Part shown: positions 45,087-53,135 of the stretch, in pieces
How the letters are laid out: each line of letters begins with the position of its first letter
Position numbering within the stretch: the stretch's first letter is position 1
Assembly (NCBI RefSeq): GCF_000142905.1
Contig: NW_013657637.1
Span: 271,595-324,729, forward strand
DNA from: Thecamonas trahens ATCC 50062
Lineage: Eukaryota; Protista; Apusomonadida
Direction: 5' to 3'
DNA: 53,135 nucleotides
Notes under the pieces: model-generated
Databases searched by the model: none
What the model saw: only the letters and a program-made list of their open reading frames with translations
What the model was told of the DNA's origin: nothing
Program-made: the position numbers and the translations under genes

Positions 45087-47257
45087 ATGGATGTAGAGCA
45101 AAAGGTGAATGATACTCTGAATGCGCTCATGACGGCGGTGATGTGTTCTGTGTGGTACGTGCTAGGGGAGGGGATCATGAGGTTGAGTGGAAGGGCACAC
45201 ATGTGGAGAGGGAGAAGGGTAGGTGGAGGGGGAGGTGGGCGGGTTACTCATGGTTGGAAATGGCATGGAGATGCAGCCGTGACACGCCGATGAATCCAGT
45301 GTACACTCCTTGCTTTCACATCTTCTGCAAAGAGTGTCTTGCAAAGTGCGTATCCAAATACTGCCCAAACTGCCGGGAGGAGTTCAATCGGCGCCAAGTC
45401 ATCGTAGCCCGCGCTGCCGCAGAAATGGCGCCGCCGATCAAGGCGGTAGCAGAGTATTTGGAAGCAAAAGACGGTACAAAGCGCAAGGCGGAGTTGGCGG
45501 CATATACTGCTAAGCTAGAGAACGATTGGAGGGAGTGTGCGGAGACAAAGGCACGGAAGCAGAAGCAGAAGCGGAAGCAGAAGCGGACACCGAACAGGCA
45601 AGCACAGGCGGGTCGCGCCCGTAGCCAGGTGAACGAGGGCCAGGGGCCTCAGCTCGCTGATCACGGAAGCCAAGGCCAGGCTGGTTCCGAGCTGATCGAG
45701 GCGATGGTGGCGGCGCCGTCACCAGGCACTGCTACTGAGGCTGTGCAGCCCCAGGTGAACGAGGGCCAGGGGCCTCAGCTCGCTGATCACGGAAGCCAAG
45801 GCCAGGCTGTTCCTGAGCTGATCGAGGCGACGGTGGCGGCGCCGTCACCAGGCACTGCTACTGAGGCTGTGCAGCCGCAGGTGAACGAGGGCCAGGGGCC
45901 TCAGCTCGCTGATCACGGAAGCCAAGGCCAGGCTGGTTCCGAGCTGATCGAGGCGATGGTGGCGGCGCCGTCACCAGGCACTGCTACTGAGGCTGTGCAG
46001 CCCCAGGTGAACGAGGGCCAGGGGCCTCAGCTCGCTGATCACGGAAGCCAAGGCCAGGCTGTTCCTGAGCTGATCGAGGCGACGGTGGCGGCGCCGTCAC
46101 CAGGCACTGCTACTGAGGCTGTGCAGCCCAATACCGAGACCGCGGCCACAACCGCAGAAAGCGTCCAGGCCAAGGTCGCCACGGAAGCCTTTACTCGCGA
46201 GGTAGCTCGCGTAGGTAGTGGCCTCACTGTCAAGCACCTACGCGATTCGGTGTCGAAGCTCGAGTCAGAGGGCGAGAGCAAGGTAAGGACCAAGCGCAAG
46301 CGCAGCACTAGCCCGCCACCCAGCAGTGGGTACGGGCGTGAAAGCGGTCGCGGTCGCGGGCGCAGCGGGCAGCATGATCGACCTCGCAAGAAGCGGAGCA
46401 AGCTGATGGCAAACGGCTCAGGCAGTAGAGGAGCAGGTGGGCCATCATCTACAGTGGCGTCGTCGTCGGTGACTACGCCACCGGCACTGGAGGCTAAGGA
46501 GAGAGCACACCTGGAGGCAGCCCTGGAACACGAGGCGGCGCAACAGGCGCGGCTCGGTGTCGCCGGGACCGAGGTGTACGTGCGGCAGTCTAGACGGCCT
46601 CGGGTTCTAATGCACGATCGTAGCGTTGGCGAGGACATCAAGGATATCATCAATTCCGTGGTTAAGAATCGCTGTCCTAGCGTCGAGATTGCGAGGAAGT
46701 TCTCGTCCCACGTCACTCATCTCATTGTGACAGCTGAGGAGGTGAACGGCTCTTTGGTTGTCGACAAAGTGAGTGTCGAGTATCTGCTCGCTGTTGCGGC
46801 CGGAATCTGGATTGTGGCCTCGGGCTGGATCTTTGACTCTGCCACCAAACGGTCATGGCAGAGCGAGCTCGCATACGAAGTCAAAGGTCACCGAGACGCG
46901 CCATCTTCAGAAGCGCCGTGCAATGCGCGGCTGATGCAGACCCGATTGCGGACCGGAATCCTCAACCAGGTCCGGGTCCGGGTTCAGCTCCGGAGCCAAA
47001 AGGGCAAGAGGAGCAAGTGGACTCGCCAAAAGCTTCGAGACCTGATCCACTTTGGGCGTGGCGTGCTCCGGCACTCGAAGAGCGCCCGCAGCACCGGCCC
47101 TGAGGTGTTGGTCATCAGCGACGAGACCAGCAAGAGCGAGATCGGTGTTGTCGAGAATCGGCTTATCCTGTGGCTCTCGGAGTTTTTGGAGGCCATCGCT
47201 CAGTTTGACACCGCCCTCTTTGAACCTTACCGCATCGACAAGGATATCGACGAGTAG
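45087..47257 (+). CDS. BRCA1: BRCA1-like RING-finger / tandem BRCT protein, exons 45087-45154 and 45277-47257 (~682 aa)
   Basis: Splicing (GTACGT...TTACTCAT...GCAG) completes a C3HC4 RING: CSVC...PVYTPCFHIFCKEC...CPNC, preceded by a BRCA1-like helix. BRCT: VTHLIV...YLLAVAAGIWIVASGWIFDS...YEVKG; second BRCT ends LWLSEFLEAIAQF...EPYRI. No ankyrin repeats are seen, which argues against BARD1. Confidence 0.75.
45626..46129 (+). repeat. 4 x 126-bp (42-aa) near-perfect coding tandem repeat with A-B-A-B order
   Basis: Units start at 45626, 45752, 45878 and 46004, alternating GSELIEAM and VPELIEAT variants. Confidence 0.97.
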
Positions 47258-47563
47258 CCGATTGCAGCGTGACGGGTGCGTTGTGGTGCGCCTGAGTGTG
47301 AGCAACAAATTCTCGGGTGTCGTAGACGTCGCCACGTGCCGTCATTCCATGCGGCCGCCGCGCGCCACCTTATCCGCGACGCAAGGCTGCGATTTCCACA
47401 TGTCGCATGACAACTACGGCTGTCAGGGTGATGGTGTGGACGAGATTTTGCTCCGCCCGCCGTGGTTTGCCACCCGACTCGAGCCGCAAGCAGGCAGGCG
47501 ACAAGTAGAGGGCTTGGAGTGACGCGAGGGCAGAAAGCGTGGGACAGTGACAACGAGGAGCAC

Positions 47564-48861
47564 ATGAGCTGTGTGGGAGGCGACCTTATCAAGGTCAATG
47601 TTGGCGGCAAGGTGTTTGTGACGTCGGGAAGCCGACTGGCGAGCGTCTCGCCGTTCTTTGCGTCTCTGCTGTCCGGCCGGTTGCCGGCGGCGACTGACGA
47701 CGACGGGGCGTACGTGGTGGACCGGTCACCAGCTCCGTTTGGTGTGCTGCTGGACGTGCTACGGAAGGGGCGGGCGACGCTCCCACAAGATCTAGTGGTA
47801 CAGGATGTGCTCGACGAGGCCTGCTTCTACAGCATGGACATGCCGCTCGACGATGGGGTGCTGATGGCGGCGAGCGGCGCAGGGTGGAGTGAAGGCCAGC
47901 GGGTGAGTGTTCCGGTGGCCAATCCGGCTGATCTTGGCGGCAAGATACAGTCGGATGGCTTTTACGTGCTCATGCCGGACGAAGGCGAGCCTTTTGCCTA
48001 CTTTATGCAGACATGCCCGTACGGGCGGACCAATGTGATCGCGCCCAAGACGAGAGATGACGATCTCACCACGCTCATCGGGAGCCCGCGGACGCTCGTC
48101 CTCGCACCGACCATCCGATTCACTCACCACTCGGCAGGCTCTATGTTTCTTGTCGATGAGCACGAGCTGACAGTGCAGGACTTTGGGGTCGAGACCAACT
48201 GGGTGACGCGGTACACGGTTTTCCACGGTGTGGTCCTCCCAACACGCTCGTCGGCAGTGATTTTACCATGCGGTTCTTTCCGTCGATACCGCCGCTCGCT
48301 GGCCACGTCTATCACGTCCAGCGGATGGCGCTGCAGCACACACAAGGCTCCAACATTGTCATGCTCCAGTTCACGCCCGACGGCGACGGCGACGAGCAAG
48401 CACCTCTGGCTGCAGGGGGCGGCGATGGGCCTAGCGAGAGCGCTGCCACACCCGGCCCGGCCTGGGCCCGTGGCTCGGTGACCTTTACCGAGTGCAAGCA
48501 CACCATCCGGGCTATGCGGTTCACAACTGCGCGATACGTGCTGCGGCGGGTTCAGACGCATGTCACCCATGATCTCCGCGGCCGGCTGTACAACACGGTG
48601 GCGATCGACGAGAATGGTGACGTTGCAGCGCCTCTGTACGTGCCCAACGGCGACGAGCAGACGCTTCTTGAGCAGGACGAGAGCAAACATGCACCTGTCG
48701 GGCACGCCGAGGGCGACGGCCTTCTCTGGCACGTGGTTATCGACCATGACCGGTTCCGTAACTCGCGGCTCCTCTCCCTTGGCGAGATGCTTGTGGAGGA
48801 GATACTGGGCTCACAGGCTGTGTACATGGCCGCCGATTTGCGTGCCGAGTTTGCAGCGTAG
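47564..48861 (+). CDS. KCTD-type BTB/POZ (T1) domain protein with unknown C-terminal domain; probable 1-nt deletion at ~48239
   Basis: LIKVNVGGKVFVTSGSRL...FFASLLSG...DDDGAYVVDRSPAPFGVLLDVLRKG...VLDEACFY. The frame continues into ORF 48268-48861 if one C is added in CTCCCAAC. Confidence 0.72.
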
Positions 48862-48984
48862 AAGGACATCAAAGGAAGTGTGGTCGCTGGGTCGCGCTCT
48901 GGCAGGGGAGCGGTCGCGCTCTGTCGGGGGCGACTGCGAGTGCCGCACTTGACTTGCCACCGCCGAAGCAGAGACAGAGGCAGC

Positions 48985-49911
48985 ATGCAGGCGTTCCAGG
49001 AGGCTATGCAGATGGACTCGTGGTCGAGGAACTGGTCTTCGGCGTATGGGTCCGACGAGGAGGACGAGGCGGTGGAGGCGGCGACCGAGGAGGCTCTGGC
49101 GGCGCTGTACAGCGAACTGGAGACAGTCGCCGAGCCGGCGGGACGGGCAGAACTTCTAGCTGCACATTACGGGCTGGCAGTGAGCATGGTGGGTGAAGCA
49201 GCGGCTCTCCCGTCGGCAGAGGTGGTGGTTGTCGGTCGCGGCGGACTCGGGCTAGCGGCGCTGGCGACGCTGCCGCATACAACGCTGGCGGTGGTGCATG
49301 GGGCAAAGTGCGAGGTTGCGATGGAGAGCGCGCTGGAGGCACAAAGCATGCTCACGACCGAGGTGAGCGAGAAGAGCGGGCTGCTGGCGGTTATGGTCGG
49401 GCTCGAGGGCGGCGCGGTCGGTGTGATCGTGGCGCGGGCGACCGACGAGGCGCTCCTTGCGCCGCTGGCACACGTTGTTGTCGAGGCGCTTGCACCCAGT
49501 CGGCTAGTGGTGCTTGAGACGGTGTCGGAGCGGGCGTATGTGGAGCCGTCGCCTCGCTGGAGAGAGCAGCCGAACGCGGCGGCCGGGCGGGTGTATGCCC
49601 TCGAGGCGCCGCCGGCGCTGGCAGGGTCAGACTCGGCGGAGCTCGCGCACCTCACCACCTTTGACGTGCCGAACCTGCTCTCGGGCGCAGCAGCGGCGTT
49701 TGCTGATCGGGCGCTCAAGGGACACATCCCGATGGGCGTCTATGTTTCTGTCCATCCAACCCACGCAGTTGAGTCGGACTCGGTGGTGGTCTTTGACGCC
49801 GTTCTTGGAGCTGTGGGCATCGCCATCCCCATTCAGTCGCGCCAAGCCGAGATGGCGCACATCCTGAAGTCTGCTGGCCGCGATGAGGGTCGCCAGCATG
49901 TGTATGTGTAA
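48985..49911 (+). CDS. Proteasome assembly chaperone 1 (PAC1/PSMG1)-like
   Basis: N-terminal SR...DEEDE, a C-terminal region resembling PSMG1 (VPNLLSGAAAAF...IPMGVYV), and a terminal HbYX-like VYV. Confidence 0.6.
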   Translation: MQAFQEAMQMDSWSRNWSSAYGSDEEDEAVEAATEEALAALYSELETVAEPAGRAELLAAHYGLAVSMVGEAAALPSAEVVVVGRGGLGLAALATLPHTTLAVVHGAKCEVAMESALEAQSMLTTEVSEKSGLLAVMVGLEGGAVGVIVARATDEALLAPLAHVVVEALAPSRLVVLETVSERAYVEPSPRWREQPNAAAGRVYALEAPPALAGSDSAELAHLTTFDVPNLLSGAAAAFADRALKGHIPMGVYVSVHPTHAVESDSVVVFDAVLGAVGIAIPIQSRQAEMAHILKSAGRDEGRQHVYV

Positions 49912-50025
49912 ATAGGGAGTTCTCTAGGGAGCAGAGAGTGTTCACTGGCCGCGTCGAGGCGGGCGATCGATCTTGCCGACACCACGAGACGAGGACACTT
50001 GTCTGCGTCCTGTGCGAGAAGATTC

Positions 50026-51076
50026 ATGAACCGTGGCCAGAAGAAGCCCAAGCGGCGCCGAAAGAAGGCCAAAGTCGGTACGTAGTGGTACTGTGTGTTT
50101 GTGTGTGTGCGGTGGCGGCTGGTGGAGGGGTGCGGGTGGAGAGTGAGAAGCGGTCAACAACGGTTCGCGGGAGGCAGAGGCGGTTACGACGCCGGGGGTA
50201 TGGTGGGCAGCAAGGCATTAGGGTGCCGAGGTGGTGAGGTGGCGAGAGGGCGAGAGGAGGGTAAGAGGTGAGTATGACTGACAGAGAGCACGGTGTGGTG
50301 GTCCGGCAGTGTACACTATTCCGCAGCGGACGCCGTTCCAGCAGGTGACCGACGAGGTGAAACGGGCGCGCAAGTTTGGGTACGACGCGCTGGAGCTGTC
50401 GGGGTTTGGGCTGGACACGATGCCTGCGGCGATTATTGAGCTCGGTCACAAGCTCAAGGCGCTTGATGCATCGGTGAACATGCTGACGGAGTTGCCGCCC
50501 GAGTTGAGCTCGTTTGTGGCGCTCGAGGAACTCAATCTGGTGGGCAACGCCTTGGTCGAGGTGCCCGAGGCGATCATGGCGCTCAAGTCGCTGCGGTGGC
50601 TGTATCTCGCCGGCAACAGCATCTCGCGGCTGGACGCGGGACTGTTTACCTGCAATCAGCTGACACGGCTGATGCTGGCCCAGAACGAGCTGACCGAACT
50701 CCCTGACGCGATCGGCAAGCTGACGAACCTGCAGCTTCTTGATGTGTCGCAGAACCGGCTGACCACCCTCCCGGCGACGGTGGGAAAGCTCGCATCGCTC
50801 CATGAGCTGGACATCTCGCATAATCAGTTGACGACGCTGCCTGTCGACCTCGCGGCTTTGCCGTTCCTCCACCGAGTCGAAGTGTACGGCAACCCGCTCA
50901 ACCCGCTGTACCTCCCCAAGGAGCTCGGCAAGTTTCTCGAAACAGGTGGCGCCGACAAGAGCCTCGACCTCGATGCCGATGTTGAAATCGGAGTCGAGTT
51001 CGCCACCGAGGCTGACAAGACAGCCGGTGGGGGCTCGGGCGAGGGCTCAGGTAGCGGCAGCGGCGGCGACGAGTGA
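50026..51076 (+). CDS. Leucine-rich repeat protein (~272 aa), exons 50026-50077 and 50310-51076
   Basis: About 7-8 LxxLxLxxNxLxxLP repeats. Exon 1 (MNRGQKKPKRRRKKAKV, NLS-like) is followed by GTACGT...GACTGAC...GCAG, and the phases match. Confidence 0.85.
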
Positions 51077-51101
51077 ACGCACAAGGAGGCGACAAGCCAT
51101 C

Positions 51102-51749
51102 TCAGCTTGCAGGAGGCAGAGGGGAGTCGGTCAAGTCACTCAGCTGAGTGCTACTCGCCAGTTCTTGCGAGGCCTTGTACGAGATCTTGGTAGCCGGCGG
51201 AGTGGCTGGGCGGGACACAGTGTCGTCTTTGCCATGCAGTGGAGCCAGCCGGCGGGGCCGGCGCGATCGCGGCGGCGAGCCTGCGGCGCGGCGCTGAGCC
51301 TTGACAGAGTCGATAAACGAGCGACGAAACTGCTCGTCATGGCGAAGCTTATGCAGCTTGCCGGCCACATCAACTTGCATCATTGCATGCGCTTCGGCGC
51401 GGACAACGGCCAGCTTGGCTACCAGCTCATTGCGCCGGTACAGGCGCGACGAGACAGACGAGGCGTTGGCGCGCGGGCCACCAGCGGCATCGGGAGAAAA
51501 GGCCGGACTGGGACGGCTTGACCATCGTGATGCGGTGGCTGAGACCTTGCGGGCCGGTGAAGAGCTTGCGGCGTTTGCCCGCGTCGAGCTCAGCGTTGTC
51601 ACCGACGGCGTGGCCTTTGTGCGAGAAGCCTTTGCCTCGCCAAGGCGACCAGTCCGCTGGAGTAACAGAGAGTCGAGCGAAGTGAGCTTGTCGTCAAACG
51701 CCGACGAAGCATGCTGTAGGGCACGTTGGCGTGGTGGGAGCGCACTCAT
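51102..51749 (-). CDS. Hypothetical protein (~215 aa), Ser/Arg-rich with a short helical segment
   Basis: ATG-initiated ORF converging on the LRR gene, with a plausible helical region (RRNELVAKLAVVRAEAHAMMQ...). No recognisable domain. Confidence 0.45.
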   Translation of the reverse strand: MSALPPRQRALQHASSAFDDKLTSLDSLLLQRTGRLGEAKASRTKATPSVTTLSSTRANAASSSPARKVSATASRWSSRPSPAFSPDAAGGPRANASSVSSRLYRRNELVAKLAVVRAEAHAMMQVDVAGKLHKLRHDEQFRRSFIDSVKAQRRAAGSPPRSRRPRRLAPLHGKDDTVSRPATPPATKISYKASQELASSTQLSDLTDSPLPPAS

Positions 51750-53135
51750 GCGCGTGTGCGTGCAAGAGGAGTGGTCGCGCCCGCGGACGCGTGGGACTCG
51801 GTTCACAAGAACCGAAACCGGGCGGGGCGGAAGGCGGAGACTGGACTGGCGGATCCGGCGCCGATGGTGATCTGCAGTAGCTGGCTTGCTTGCTATACAT
51901 GTATCATTCATCCCTCTTCCTCGTCACATCCCTCTCATCCTCCCTCTCTCTCTCTCCCCAGCAGTCGCAGCCTCGGCCTCAGCCACAGTCACCGCCTCGG
52001 GTCGTCATCCGCTATCGCAACCATGAACGCCGCCGCCTCAACCATCACTCCCATCGCCAGCCATCACCATCCCCCCTCCCCATCACTATCCTCGTCAGCA
52101 TCAGCATTATCACCAACCTGGTTATCGCCGCCTCGGGCTTGGGCTTCCTCTTCTCGCGCCTCAGCAGCAGCACGGCGCCCATGCCGGCGAGTGGCTGAGC
52201 GACGAGCGGCTGGCCGTCACTCGATCACTCGCTGCTCGCCTCGGCCTCGGCCACAGCAGCAGCGCTAGCTGTGGCAGCCATCACACTCATCCCACTCGGG
52301 CCATCTACACTCTCTCACCTCCAATCCCTGTGACTCCACCAGCTACTCCCCCTGTATAGCCAGCTGCAGGTCGTGCTGAGCTTGATCGGGCTTGATCTGG
52401 CTTGGCTGTGAGTGGTTGAGCGGGCAGGCGAGCGAGCGGCGAGTTGCTGGCCAGTTAGCAGTCGACACGAGACGACGACACGGGCAACCGGACACAAGAT
52501 CGGGCGGCAGACCAGTGTAGTCTTGTTAACCACCTCATCTTCCATCCCTCCTCCCCGCCTTTTTCCCCTCTCCCTCGCCCTGACCAGCCCACTGGCCTCG
52601 TCGGTCCCGCCGCTCCTCTCGCCACCAGCTGGGTTGGTTGACAGGTGGGCTGGGGCAGGATGGGCAAGGCGGGGAGAAGGAGGGGAGGTGGGGGTGGGGG
52701 AAGGGACTGAGAGCCATTGCCACTTGTCCACGGGTAGATCATACTATACTCGTGCTCTGCCTATCCTGATCGGGGTTGCGCCGGCGGTGGACGGGTCGGC
52801 TCGAGCGGCGATCGGTGGTGAGCAGCAGGCGGCCAGAAGCGATGCTGTTGACGGGATGAGAGTCGGTCGATATGTTTGCACGGGATGTGGGTGTGTGGGG
52901 TGGGGGTGTGGTGGTTGTGGGTGGAAATGGTCGGGAGTGGGGGTCGGAGATGGGCCCGGGGAGGGGGGGTCAGCAGCATCGAAACGACACCAGGACAACA
53001 ACTTGGGCCTCAGGTGGCAGAACTCGGATTCTGGAATACTGCAGCTATGGATTGGATACTGTACATGGGGGAAGTGTGTGTATGTAGTAGAGTAGTAGTG
53101 AAATCAGATTGGTCATATCTTGCAATGAGGTTGGG

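Noticed and set aside
45626-46129. CRISPR-like or mobile-element repeat
   Set aside because: The units are head-to-tail with no unique spacers, lie in frame within a eukaryotic CDS, and no cas or transposase genes are present.
51900-53135. Short ORFs in the terminal 1.2 kb
   Set aside because: Low-complexity C-rich/G-rich DNA typical of intergenic or intronic sequence here, with no coherent start, splice structure or domain.
1-53135. tRNA, rRNA or other ncRNA genes, transposons, selenoprotein recoding
   Set aside because: None was recognisable by eye. tRNAscan-SE, Infernal or RepeatMasker would be needed to exclude them formally.

Overview
Gene-dense, GC-rich, intron-poor eukaryotic DNA, not prokaryotic. 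Spliceosomal GT-AG introns are present, along with CPAP/SAS-4, PEX11, PUS10, a multidomain ACC and a BRCA1-like gene. The style suggests a unicellular flagellate such as the apusomonad Thecamonas, but this is inference only. About 18 protein-coding genes are supported, and six need splicing that the ORF track misses (2-Cys peroxiredoxin, ABP34-like, ATX1, myristoylated EF-hand protein, BRCA1-like, LRR protein). There are two N gaps. About eight single-base deletions, almost all in homopolymers, look like sequencing errors. The standout feature is a ~16.4 kb intronless gene (2894-19324, ~5,480 aa once three 1-nt deletions are repaired). It encodes an actin-fragmin-kinase-like, probably pseudo-kinase, domain followed by about 11 tandem pairs of class III nucleotidyl cyclase domains. 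The catalytic residues are split between the A and B domain of each pair, giving an apparent 'poly-pseudo-heterodimeric' cyclase. About 5 kb away is an SH3 + voltage-sensor 6-TM protein resembling the membrane module of ciliate/apicomplexan channel-adenylyl cyclases but lacking its cyclase. Also notable are a myristoylated Ca2+-sensor with a ~280-aa KKGSKK tail and a BRCA1-like gene with a recently amplified SQ-containing repeat. All family calls come from motif recognition by eye; no database searches were run.
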